From Desulfatiglandales bacterium (GTDB taxonomy: Bacteria > Desulfobacterota > DSM-4660 > Desulfatiglandales > Desulfatiglandaceae): DNA of 64,000 nucleotides. The position numbers were made by a program, and so were the translations under genes. Below, in pieces: positions 37,999 to 47,375 of the stretch. Location of the stretch: NCBI GenBank assembly GCA_963662465.1, contig OY759599.1:4896001-4960000 (forward strand). The letters are read 5' to 3'. How positions within the stretch are numbered: position 1 is the stretch's first letter; each line of letters starts with the position of its first letter. Under the pieces are notes generated by a model. The model was not told the origin of the DNA and ran no database searches. It saw only the letters and a list, made by a program, of their open reading frames with translations.

Positions 37999-39814
37999 TG
38001 GTGAGTTTCATTTCTCGAACATCCACTTCAGCGCCGAGACTTTCCAGCAAGCGCTTAATTTCTTTCTTTTTATCTGAACTCCCCTCCCTGAAGGAAATAA
38101 TGATTTCCTTGACGGGACATCCTTTAAGAATTTTCTCCAGATCTTTGAACCCTCCCAGCACCGGATAACCGCGGATTCTTTTTCGAACCATATCTTGATT
38201 ATCATCCATGAACCCTTTGATGGTCATGCAAAGGGTCTTGTTGGTTTCAATTTCTCTAAGGAGCATCTGCCCCCCGATTCCGGCCCCGTAAACAAGGACA
38301 GGTTTGCCCTTTCGATTCCCTTGTCGGACACCCTCTTCCAGCAAACGAAAAGAAAGCCGGGTAAGGCTTATAAGCAGCAACATGAGACCCCAGTAAATCA
38401 CAAAAACGGCCCGTGAGAAGCTGTAGAATCGATATAGGAACAAAAGGAGCAAAATCGGCGCAATGGTCCCGGCGGTAATGGCTTTTCCATAGGAAATCAG
38501 GTCCCGGATGCTGGTGTCTTCCCATATGCCGCGGTAAACGCCGAAAAGAAAAAAGAACAGGATCTGGCAGGCAATGACCATTGGGAGTGATTTGAGGAAA
38601 AAACCAAAATTCGGACCGGGAATTCCCTCGAAACGGAGAAGATAGGCCGTATAATAGGCAACGGTAATCAGAACCACGTCGAGAAGTACCTCAAGAAGCC
38701 TTCTTCGGTAGGTAATTTCAATGAGCAACGGCGTCATCTTGCCGGAGTGTTCGGAGACAATGGATTTTTCCGAGTAAACTTTAACCTTTGCCAGATAAAT
38801 CCAGAAGAAAAGGATGAACAGCAAATACATAACGATCAAAACCACGCCGGCGCCAATGTTCAGATGGTTTATGGCAAGGGCCAGCAAACCGGAGGCCACG
38901 GAAAAGGCATAGAGTACCAGGACCGCTTTTCTCTCAGAAAAACCGATGGCAACCAGGCGGTGGGAAGAATGATCGCGTCCTCCTTGAGAAATGGGCCGGC
39001 GAAAAAGTTTGCGCATCAAGCTTACGAACCCCGTATCCAGTATGGGAATAAAGAGGATCAGTACCGGTATTACAATCACCGAGAGCAGATGAAAAAAGCC
39101 CGCTTCTCCACTTGATGTTGAGGCATTCCCGGTCATGGTCAGGCAGGCCAGAACAAAACCGATGAAAAGACTGCCCGCATCTCCCATGAAAATGGAGGCG
39201 GGGTTAAAATTGTACACCAGAAAACCGAGGATAGCTCCCAGATAGGTGCAAAGAATCAAAAGGCCGGGGCCGGCAAGGTGGTCCGGGGCCGGATTCAGAT
39301 AGTGATAAAGGAAAAGAAAAGACCCCGCAATAAAGGCTGTGCCGCATGAGAGTCCGTCCATGTTGTCCAAAAGATTGAAGGCATTGGTGATGCCCACAAT
39401 CCATAGCATGGACAAACATAAGTCGAGGGTTTTGGAATCGCTCCAACCCAAACGAAAACCGAAGAACAAAAAGATCGCCGTAATGATGACCTGACCAGCC
39501 AACTTGTGTTGGGGGTCCATGTTGAAAATATCATCGATAAGTCCCAGTGCAAAGATGCCCGAAGCGCAAAGCATCATGGGTAGATAAAGCTGACCGGAAG
39601 TCGTCCAACCCGCGTAAAGTGCCCCTGAAATCCATGTTATCAGCATGGCTGAAAAAATGCCGACACCGCCCAGAAGGGCTGTTTCCTTTCTGTGCCATCG
39701 GTTGTCCCTGGGTACTGCGACCTGTCCTGACTTCAAGGCCAGTTTTTTGACCAACGGCGTGAATATGAGCGCAAACGCAAAACTTATGCCAAAAAAAGAT
39801 AGATAAAGCGACAT
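37991..39814 (-). CDS. WecA/MraY-family polyprenyl-phosphate sugar-1-phosphate transferase fused to a membrane + Rossmann-like domain
   Basis: GLIDD, NAFNLLDNMDGL, FMGDAGS, DHSSHRL; C-terminal VLVYGAG and GFMDD..IRGYPVLG. Confidence 0.85.
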   Translation of the reverse strand: MSLYLSFFGISFAFALIFTPLVKKLALKSGQVAVPRDNRWHRKETALLGGVGIFSAMLITWISGALYAGWTTSGQLYLPMMLCASGIFALGLIDDIFNMDPQHKLAGQVIITAIFLFFGFRLGWSDSKTLDLCLSMLWIVGITNAFNLLDNMDGLSCGTAFIAGSFLFLYHYLNPAPDHLAGPGLLILCTYLGAILGFLVYNFNPASIFMGDAGSLFIGFVLACLTMTGNASTSSGEAGFFHLLSVIVIPVLILFIPILDTGFVSLMRKLFRRPISQGGRDHSSHRLVAIGFSERKAVLVLYAFSVASGLLALAINHLNIGAGVVLIVMYLLFILFFWIYLAKVKVYSEKSIVSEHSGKMTPLLIEITYRRRLLEVLLDVVLITVAYYTAYLLRFEGIPGPNFGFFLKSLPMVIACQILFFFLFGVYRGIWEDTSIRDLISYGKAITAGTIAPILLLLFLYRFYSFSRAVFVIYWGLMLLLISLTRLSFRLLEEGVRQGNRKGKPVLVYGAGIGGQMLLREIETNKTLCMTIKGFMDDNQDMVRKRIRGYPVLGGFKDLEKILKGCPVKEIIISFREGSSDKKKEIKRLLESLGAEVDVREMKLTIS

Positions 39815-39832
39815 GGTTCATCCTTTTGGATA

Positions 39833-40984
39833 TTACAATCCGGTCTTCTTCCGTAAAAATGAAAGCCGGGGCAGAAGATGGATCGGACGTTCATCCGAGG
39901 CGCGACGCAGAAGATAAATAACGGCAAAAATGAGAAAAATATCCGGAATCCATACACCGATCATCGGAGAAAGAACCCCTGTTGAACAGACGCTTCGAAT
40001 GATCATCAAAAATAGGTAAAACACGGCAAACACCATGAGACTGACCCCGATTCCGGCGGAACGTCCGCGACCCCGTATTTGGGCCCCAAGGGGAACGCCG
40101 ATGATTCCCATCAGCAATACGGCCAAAGGAATGGAAACTTTCTCCAAAAGTTCCCGCATAATCCGGTTATATACCGCTTCGGTTTCAGGCGTTTCTTTCA
40201 ATTGGGCGATCAATTGCCCGGGGGAGAGTTCATGAGGCGCTTTTCTTCTGGATGCCAGGTCGGCCAGAACATCTTTGAGGCCGATATTCAACGCATAGGT
40301 GTTGAATTTGATGGTTCGGGAAGCGCTCAGATTTTTTTCCACCAGAAAAATGGTGCCCCGCAAAAAGAGCAACGTGATGGTTCTTTCGGCCGGTCTCATG
40401 ATAACCTGCGCTTCGTCCGAAACAATGGTGTTGGTCATTTCCCGGTCTCGCCGGTCCACCACAAAAACGTCTTTCAATAGCCGCTTTTCCCGGGAAAAAC
40501 TGTTGACATAGAAAACCAGATTTCCAAAAGGCTCACAGAATACCCGTTCCTTGATTCCGAGATCCGCTTTGGTCTCCGCGATTTTAAACAATAGGTCTTT
40601 GAACGACCGGTTTCCCCAGGGAGCGGCAACCGTGCTGATAGCCAGACACGCAAAAAAACCCGCCAGGGAAAAGATGATCACCGGCGGCAACATCTGGTAG
40701 AGACTGATGCCGGAAGATTTCATGGCGATGATCTCGCTGTCCGCGGAAAGGCGCAGAAAGGCTACAACCACGCTCATAAGAGTAACCGCCGGAAGAGCAA
40801 AAGTCAGGATATCGGGAAGCAGAAAAAGCACCATCCCAGCTACCTGTGATGCACGAACGCCCCTTGTTACGATCAATTCAGTGATGGAAAGCATTCGAGC
40901 CGCCATCATGATGAAGATAAAAACAAAGAGGCTCGCCAAAAAGGTGGGCCATATTTCCCTGAGAATATATCTGTATAGCGTCAT
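39833..40984 (-). CDS. lptF: LPS export ABC transporter permease (LptF/LptG family)
   Basis: MTLYRYILREI, RLSADSEIIAMKSSGIS, six-TM layout with a periplasmic domain; start reassigned to the ATG at 40984. Confidence 0.85.
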   Translation of the reverse strand: MTLYRYILREIWPTFLASLFVFIFIMMAARMLSITELIVTRGVRASQVAGMVLFLLPDILTFALPAVTLMSVVVAFLRLSADSEIIAMKSSGISLYQMLPPVIIFSLAGFFACLAISTVAAPWGNRSFKDLLFKIAETKADLGIKERVFCEPFGNLVFYVNSFSREKRLLKDVFVVDRRDREMTNTIVSDEAQVIMRPAERTITLLFLRGTIFLVEKNLSASRTIKFNTYALNIGLKDVLADLASRRKAPHELSPGQLIAQLKETPETEAVYNRIMRELLEKVSIPLAVLLMGIIGVPLGAQIRGRGRSAGIGVSLMVFAVFYLFLMIIRSVCSTGVLSPMIGVWIPDIFLIFAVIYLLRRASDERPIHLLPRLSFLRKKTGL

Positions 40985-40986
40985 TT

Positions 40987-41020
40987 GGATTTCGGATTTC
41001 GGATTTCGGAATGCGGATTT
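40987..41020. repeat. Heptamer microsatellite (GGATTTC)n
   Basis: GGATTTC x3, then GGAATGC and GGATTT. Confidence 0.8.
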
Positions 41021-41085
41021 GTACCACGGCATTAAGGAATAACTCAAGCTGATTGAAGTGTTCTATCGCCGGAAAGATTAACCGC

Positions 41086-41775
41086 CTATTTAAAAATCCC
41101 ATATTTAACAATGGTGTAAACAGCTTTGAACCCATCCTTCCAGCCGATTTTTTTCCCCTCGTCGTAGCTCCTGCCGTAATAGGAAATGCCAACCTCATAG
41201 ATGCGGCATTTTTTTCGGGCTATTTTAGCGGTCAACTCGGGTTCTATCCCGAAGCGGTTCTGCTCAAGGGTGATGTCTTTGATGATTTCGGTCCTGAATG
41301 CCTTGTAGCAGGTTTCCATGTCGGTCAAATTCAAATTTGTGAACATATTTGAAAAAAGCGTGAGCATTCTGTTCCCCACATAATGCCAGAACAAATGGAC
41401 CCTGTGGGGACCGGCGCCCATGAATCGGGAGCCGTAAACCACATCGGCCTTTCCGTCCATAATGGGCTCCAGCAGTTTGGGATACTCCATAGGGTCATAT
41501 TCCAGATCGGCATCCTGAATCACCACCACCTCGCCGGTGACATAAGCAAGCCCCGATCTGATGGCGGCGCCCTTGCCCATATTCCGGGTATGATAAATGG
41601 TTTTGGCAACCGTTTTTTCCAGGGTTTCCCGGATAAGTTCCGCTGTGCCGTCGCTGGAACCGTCATCCACCAAAACAATTTCCTTGTCCTCGATCGGCGC
41701 TTCCATGACCCGTTGAAGCAGCGTGAGAATATGTGTTTTTTCATTATAGCAGGGAATGATAATGGATAGTTTCAT
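41086..41775 (-). CDS. Glycosyltransferase family 2 (polyprenol-phosphate glycosyltransferase-like)
   Basis: LSIIIPCYNE, VDDGSSDGT, QDADLEYDP, TDMETCYK. Confidence 0.92.
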   Translation of the reverse strand: MKLSIIIPCYNEKTHILTLLQRVMEAPIEDKEIVLVDDGSSDGTAELIRETLEKTVAKTIYHTRNMGKGAAIRSGLAYVTGEVVVIQDADLEYDPMEYPKLLEPIMDGKADVVYGSRFMGAGPHRVHLFWHYVGNRMLTLFSNMFTNLNLTDMETCYKAFRTEIIKDITLEQNRFGIEPELTAKIARKKCRIYEVGISYYGRSYDEGKKIGWKDGFKAVYTIVKYGIFK

Positions 41776-41827
41776 AACAGGTTTTCTCCGAGTGTTCGTT
41801 TCAATTTAGAATCCTAAGCGTATTTGT

Positions 41828-42418
41828 TCAGTTTCCCCTGATTTGGACCCATCCCCAATGGCCAAGTCCCACAACCGATACCATTACCAGGACCGGATCT
41901 ACCAGATAATCCCAGAGGTTGCCCGATTCCAACAGATGAAGATCATAGGCCAGAATGGTGGCCAGAAGGAGCAGTGCGAATCGGTTTTGCAACATCAGCA
42001 ACAGCAAGGTTATGATGAAGAAGCCAATAAACAGCCAGGAGAAATGCCAGCCGGCGCCATAAGGATCAAATGGACCGAGCCCCAAGGCCATTGGGTAAAG
42101 GGCTATTCCGGCCAACAGGGAAACTCCCTGGCATGTTCTGACCGCCGTTTTGTTTAAAAGATAATATTGAAATGCATTTTTCAGGACCCAGGTCAAAAGA
42201 AGGGCTGTTAGTGGAATGCTGGGATTGGCGTAAAGACTGATCAACCAGCGCCCAACAGGCAACCCCCCGACGGGGAGGATAACGATCAGCGCCGCCGCTG
42301 AAGCAATCATCAGCGTCGGGACCCACCCCCGGTGCGGCTTTCCCCATAACAGCAGTCCCCCCTGGCAGAGGGCCATGATGAGAAGAAAGGGGAACATAAA
42401 AGAGAATATCGTTATCAT
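41828..42418 (-). CDS. Hypothetical integral membrane protein
   Basis: Multiple TM segments; LYPMALGLGPFDPY and S.NLWDYLVDP; ATGA overlap with the upstream gene. Confidence 0.75.
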   Translation of the reverse strand: MITIFSFMFPFLLIMALCQGGLLLWGKPHRGWVPTLMIASAAALIVILPVGGLPVGRWLISLYANPSIPLTALLLTWVLKNAFQYYLLNKTAVRTCQGVSLLAGIALYPMALGLGPFDPYGAGWHFSWLFIGFFIITLLLLMLQNRFALLLLATILAYDLHLLESGNLWDYLVDPVLVMVSVVGLGHWGWVQIRGN

Positions 42419-43602
42419 TTTCCGGATGCCTGCTTCAATTGATGGTCAACCCAGGCCTCGTTAAAGGACACGTGCTTAATTCGTTTTCTTTTCCATGTAT
42501 AGACCAGATGGATTAACCCGTTTTGTCCCCTTATCATGTAAGGGTAAGAGAATTCCTGATCCGGGCTGTTTTCAAGGGGATGGATACGGATCCAATTAAG
42601 ACCTCGATCGCTGGAAACCGCCAGGCGAAGCGTTTCTCTGGTTTGCCGGCTGTCGTTAAAGGCCAGGAGTATGCGTCCACCGGACAAGGGCAGCGCGTCC
42701 ACCGCCGAATCCGGGTTGGGCAAATCGAGAAGGCGTGGTGAAGACCAGGTCCTACCGCCGTTTTGGGTCCGGGCCATGGCGATTTGTCTGTCCCGGGAAA
42801 GGCATCGGTAAAAGGCCAGTGCCTGTTGGGCGCCCCCCAGTGCAATGGAAGGCTGTATGAAGGATGCTCCCCCGGCCATGCGGCTTTTCCAATAGTTGAT
42901 GTCATAATTTTCTGGGGAAAAGGACATCCACAGAATCTCGGGAAAATCGCCCAGGCATTCGTGATAGATGGGAACGGCAAAGCCGTTTCTACCCCCATCC
43001 GCCATATTGACCGGCAACGGCCTGCCTTTCACCAGTTCACTGATATTGAAAAAAGGGCTGAGGGTGAGTCTTTGGCTGTCGGACCAGGTATGCCCTGCAT
43101 CCCGGGAAATCTTGACATTGAGGGAACTGCCGGACCAGCCACCCATGGTGATGGTCACATAAATCAGATAGAGTTCATCCCCCGGCCCTTTAAAAAGAAC
43201 GGGATTGCCCACTTTGCGAATATACCGGTTGAGTTCCCGGCCCGCAGACATTCGATTCACCAGGACCCTGGGACTTGACCAGGGAGCGTCAAAGCCCTGG
43301 GGCTTTTCCGTAAAGAAAATCGCCACATCCTTGGCCCCTTCCCGGGTACCTCCGTACCAGGTTGCCGCAAGCCCACCGTCGGGCATTTCACAAATGGAGC
43401 CCACATGGACGACGCCTGATGGGGAACCCGGACTGATAAATTCCTGGGACATAAAAGGGATTTGATTTCCAGAAAGATCAGCACCGGGAAGAAGAGAAAA
43501 TGATGTGTTCACCGAAGGAGCGGTGGCAAACCAGGTCCACGCCGGCCATCCATAGGCCAAAAGCGTCAAAATGCTCAAGATGGTGATGAGGCGTTTGCTC
43601 AT
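42415..43602 (-). CDS. BNR/Asp-box (sialidase-like) beta-propeller protein
   Basis: Asp boxes SRDAGHTW, TQNGGRTW and SSDRGLNW; WYGGTREG; FSYP. Confidence 0.85.
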   Translation of the reverse strand: MSKRLITILSILTLLAYGWPAWTWFATAPSVNTSFSLLPGADLSGNQIPFMSQEFISPGSPSGVVHVGSICEMPDGGLAATWYGGTREGAKDVAIFFTEKPQGFDAPWSSPRVLVNRMSAGRELNRYIRKVGNPVLFKGPGDELYLIYVTITMGGWSGSSLNVKISRDAGHTWSDSQRLTLSPFFNISELVKGRPLPVNMADGGRNGFAVPIYHECLGDFPEILWMSFSPENYDINYWKSRMAGGASFIQPSIALGGAQQALAFYRCLSRDRQIAMARTQNGGRTWSSPRLLDLPNPDSAVDALPLSGGRILLAFNDSRQTRETLRLAVSSDRGLNWIRIHPLENSPDQEFSYPYMIRGQNGLIHLVYTWKRKRIKHVSFNEAWVDHQLKQASGK

Positions 43603-43606
43603 GGGG

Positions 43607-44617
43607 TTAACAAATTCTGGGGAGCTGCTCACCGGTTAGCATGGCAAGGATACGGTTGCCGCCGATCTTTGTTTTCAGCAGCACCCTTCCGGCATTATCG
43701 GCGGTGACTTTTCCAATGATGCGGGTTTTTTCTCCGTAGGGGTCCTGTTTCATGGCTGAAAGAATCATTTGGGCATCTTCCGGGGCGGCGATGATCAGAC
43801 ATTTTCCTTCATTGGCCAGGTAAAGGGAATCCAGGCCCAGAATTTCCGAGGCCGCCAGGACCGGCTTTGAAATGGGAAGATCTGCTTCAAAAATCTGGAT
43901 GCCCACACCCGATTGGCCGGCAATCTCATTTAGGGCCGTGGCCACCCCCCCCCTTGTGGGATCCCGCAACACATGAACGCGTTTGCTGATTTTCAGGATC
44001 GAAGCCACCAGGGTATTGAGCGAGGCGCTGTCGCTCTTAATCTGCGTTTTAAACGAAAGGCCTTCACGGCTGGTCAGGATGGCGATGCCGTGATCACCAA
44101 TATCGCCGTTAATCATCACCAGATCTCCGGGTTGGGCATTCCGGCTGCTCACATCGACACCGTCGGGAATCATGCCAATGCCAGCGGTATTGATAAAGAT
44201 TTTGTCCGCGTTTCCCTTTGGCACCACCTTGGTATCGCCGGCCACGATTTTTATGCCCGCCTCAACGGATGCCCGTGCCGCGGCATCAATAATTCTTTCA
44301 AGGTCTTTGACCGGGAAACCTTCTTCAAGAATAAGCCCAAGGGTTAGATAGAGGGGTTGGGCCCCCTGCATGGACAAGTCGTTGACAGTACCGTGAATGG
44401 ACAGGCTGCCGATGTTGCCGCCGGGGAAAAAAATGGGATCCACCACATAAGAGTCGGTGGTCATGGCCAGGTTTCGGCCGCACAACCGGATGACGGCACT
44501 GTCGTCCATCCGATCCAGGATATCATTTTGAAACCGCGGCATAAAAACGGTCTCGACCAGTTCTCGGGAGGCTTCCCCGCCGCTGCCATGATCAAGGGTG
44601 ATTTGTTTAAGGCTCAT
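43607..44617 (-). CDS. hypE: Hydrogenase maturation carbamoyl dehydratase
   Basis: HGSGG, TTDSYVV.P.FFPGG.IG, RDPTRGG, C-terminal LPRIC. Confidence 0.96.
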   Translation of the reverse strand: MSLKQITLDHGSGGEASRELVETVFMPRFQNDILDRMDDSAVIRLCGRNLAMTTDSYVVDPIFFPGGNIGSLSIHGTVNDLSMQGAQPLYLTLGLILEEGFPVKDLERIIDAAARASVEAGIKIVAGDTKVVPKGNADKIFINTAGIGMIPDGVDVSSRNAQPGDLVMINGDIGDHGIAILTSREGLSFKTQIKSDSASLNTLVASILKISKRVHVLRDPTRGGVATALNEIAGQSGVGIQIFEADLPISKPVLAASEILGLDSLYLANEGKCLIIAAPEDAQMILSAMKQDPYGEKTRIIGKVTADNAGRVLLKTKIGGNRILAMLTGEQLPRIC

Positions 44618-44649
44618 GCTTGAAGTTTCTCCGAAATTGGGAGAGCTCT

Positions 44650-45729
44650 CTAAGGCCCATCCATGTGGGGTTCAATAATCACTTTGATGCAGTCATGCTC
44701 GGTGGGGGCGCAAACATTCCGGAACCCTGAAGGGCCCTCCGCCAGAGACAACCGGTGCGTGACCGTCTTAAGAACCGGGACGGCCTTTTCCTTAATGAGC
44801 GATAGGGCGGTTTTGCAGTCAGCGGGCGCCCCGGCATAGGTGCTGGTGAGAGTAATTTCCTTTCGCCAGAAAAGGTCGTTAAGGGCCGCGGGAAGGGTCG
44901 CGCCCTCGGGAGCGCCGGCGAAAAACAGGACAGTCCCCCCCTTTTCCACGGCTTTCATGGCCAGCGGGATAAATCCATCGAAGCAGATGATCACCAGATC
45001 CGCCAGACGGCCTTCGTTGGCCTGGCGAAGGGCGGTCAAAATGTCGTCGTTCCCATGAAGGGCAAGATCCGCCCCCATTTCCCCGGCCTTCAGCAGTCGG
45101 TAGGGAATGGTGTCAACGGCCGCAACCAGGCCCGCCCCGAGGGCGCGGGCAAGAGCCACATGAAGCAGTCCGGATATGCCGCTTCCCAGTACCAGGACCG
45201 TTTGCCCCGGCTTTAACCGAGCATTCTTTTGCCCGCGCAATACGCAGGCCAGGGGTTCCATGAATGAGGCTTCGTTATAGGTCACCTCATCGGGGATCGG
45301 AAAGGTCCCGCGGTCCACATTGATGCCGGGAACCCTCAAGTATTCGGCAAAGCCTCCCGGGTCAAAATGGGTACCGCTGAGCAAGGTGTCGCAAACCGTA
45401 TGGTGTCCCGAAAGACAGTAATGGCAGGTGTTGCAGGGAACATGATGGGTGACAGCCACCCGATCGCCGGGCTTGAATTTCTCGACCTGGGCGCCGGTTG
45501 ACACCACAATGCCAGCCACCTCATGACCCAGCACGAGGGGTACCTTGTCGCGCCGGTACCATTCCATCACATCGCTGCCGCAGATACCGCCGGCGATGAC
45601 TTTCAAAAGCAGTTCATCCGGGCCGATTTCAGGTATGGGCATTGTTTCAAGGCGGACATCTTGATTGGCGTAATACATCAATACGCGCATGGTTTCCGGA
45701 GTCATGGCGTTATTTAATAGGGTATTCAC
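44650..45729 (-). CDS. Zn-dependent medium-chain (polyol/threonine-type) dehydrogenase
   Basis: GICGSD, GHEVAG, structural Zn site CNTCHYC...C, VLGSGISG. Confidence 0.9.
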   Translation of the reverse strand: MNTLLNNAMTPETMRVLMYYANQDVRLETMPIPEIGPDELLLKVIAGGICGSDVMEWYRRDKVPLVLGHEVAGIVVSTGAQVEKFKPGDRVAVTHHVPCNTCHYCLSGHHTVCDTLLSGTHFDPGGFAEYLRVPGINVDRGTFPIPDEVTYNEASFMEPLACVLRGQKNARLKPGQTVLVLGSGISGLLHVALARALGAGLVAAVDTIPYRLLKAGEMGADLALHGNDDILTALRQANEGRLADLVIICFDGFIPLAMKAVEKGGTVLFFAGAPEGATLPAALNDLFWRKEITLTSTYAGAPADCKTALSLIKEKAVPVLKTVTHRLSLAEGPSGFRNVCAPTEHDCIKVIIEPHMDGP

Positions 45730-46628
45730 GATTTTTCCCGCCGGGTGGTTTCAAAAAGATCAAGGGCCTGTTCCGGTGTGGCGCCGGCGTGAATGACAGC
45801 ATTCAACGCTTTCATGACGGCCAGAGGATGGGGATGTTGCCACACGTTCCTTCCCAGGTTAACCCCAATGGCCCCTTTTTGCAGTCCGTCATAAACAAAT
45901 TCAAACACTTCCAGGGCTGATTCGCATTTGGGTCCACCGGCGATGACCACCGGAACAGGACATCCCATGGCGACCTTTTCAAAGCCGTCACCGCAATAAT
46001 AGGTTTTGACGATTTTTGCGCCCAGCTCCGCTGCAATCCGGCATGAGAGCGCCAGATACCGGGCTGTCCGTTTTTCCATCTCCTTGCCCACGGCGGTGAC
46101 TGCCATAACGGGAATGCCGAAGTTTTCGCATTCATTGACGAGTTCCGCCAGATTTTCCAGGGTTTCCCGTTCGTACTCGCTTCCAACAAAAATAGAAACG
46201 CCCACGGCCGAGACATTCAGCCGCACCATCTCTTCAATAGAAGTGGTAATCACCTCGTTGGCCAAATCTTCCCCGATGACGCTGGTGCCGCCGGAGACGC
46301 GCAGGATAATGGGCGTATCGATGTCAAAATCGATTGCGGCCCTCAGAACGCCACGGGTGACAAAGAGGCCATCCGCATAGGGAGAAAGCGCTTGGATGGT
46401 TTCAGCCGGTTTTTCCAAACATCGCGTGGGCCCTTGGAAATAGCCGTGATCAATGGGAAGAAACTGGCAGTGTCCGTCCGTTCCAATCAGGCGGGAGAGC
46501 CTGTTCTTCATTCCCCAATCCAGGTTGTCAGCCCCTTTTAACCATTCCTTGCGGGCCTCTTTTTTTTCCGGCGGCATCTCATTAATTTCCCTGGCCTCCA
46601 GAATTCCTTCCGCATCCGGCATATCCAT
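45726..46628 (-). CDS. lsrF: LsrF-like thiolase / class I aldolase
   Basis: DWGMKNRLSR, DHGYFQGPT, AAELGA.IVKTYY, VIAGGPK, GRNVWQ. Confidence 0.85.
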   Translation of the reverse strand: MDMPDAEGILEAREINEMPPEKKEARKEWLKGADNLDWGMKNRLSRLIGTDGHCQFLPIDHGYFQGPTRCLEKPAETIQALSPYADGLFVTRGVLRAAIDFDIDTPIILRVSGGTSVIGEDLANEVITTSIEEMVRLNVSAVGVSIFVGSEYERETLENLAELVNECENFGIPVMAVTAVGKEMEKRTARYLALSCRIAAELGAKIVKTYYCGDGFEKVAMGCPVPVVIAGGPKCESALEVFEFVYDGLQKGAIGVNLGRNVWQHPHPLAVMKALNAVIHAGATPEQALDLFETTRREKS

Positions 46629-46781
46629 GTCCTCCCGAAAGAAGTTAAGTTTGCATTACGATTCCAATTCAAAAAAGTGGATTCTACATGGTTAAGCCAT
46701 GGGATGCAACCGGATATTCTCTTGACGCCGTCACGACAGGCGATGTATAGGCTCATAAACATCGTTAAAGAGGAATATGAT

Positions 46782-47297
46782 ATGTCGATAAACAATGGTA
46801 TTCCACCCTGTCTGATACACATTGACAAGGAGGGACAATGGTTTCACAAAGGGGTAGAGATGGTTCGACGCAAATTTGTTCGGTCGTTTTACCAGCAAAT
46901 GGAGATGGACGCCGCGGGTCGATACCTTATTCGTCAGAATGCTGATCTCTGCTATGTGGATGTGGAAGATACCGCGTTTGTGGTCAGGCGCGTATCAGCT
47001 ATCTGTGAAGGAAGCGGCAAAAGCGCCGGATTCATGCTGACCCTGAGTGATGACGCCAAAGAAGAACTGATGCCGGACACCCTGTATCTAGGAGAAGAAA
47101 ATGTCCTCTATTGCAGGGTGAAAGACCGAACTTTCCCGGCGCGCTTCAATCGCGCGGCCTATTACCAATTGGCCGCGCATATTGAAGCGGAGGGAGACGA
47201 CTATGTTTTGCCCGTCAATGGCAAAAGATTCAATATTGCCTTTGTCCCCACAAAGGGGGGGATGCCTTTAACCGGTATTCTCCCTCTACTACTTTGA
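46782..47297 (+). CDS. DUF1285-like protein
   Basis: IDKEGQWFHKG, CYVDVEDTAF and ARFNRAAYYQLA patterns; GAGG RBS. Confidence 0.7.
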   Translation: MSINNGIPPCLIHIDKEGQWFHKGVEMVRRKFVRSFYQQMEMDAAGRYLIRQNADLCYVDVEDTAFVVRRVSAICEGSGKSAGFMLTLSDDAKEELMPDTLYLGEENVLYCRVKDRTFPARFNRAAYYQLAAHIEAEGDDYVLPVNGKRFNIAFVPTKGGMPLTGILPLLL

Positions 47298-47375
47298 AAA
47301 TAAACTGAACCATTTTGTTGTCTTAATTTGAATTTATGATTCATTCGCCGTATATTTTTTTGTTTCCATTTCTAT

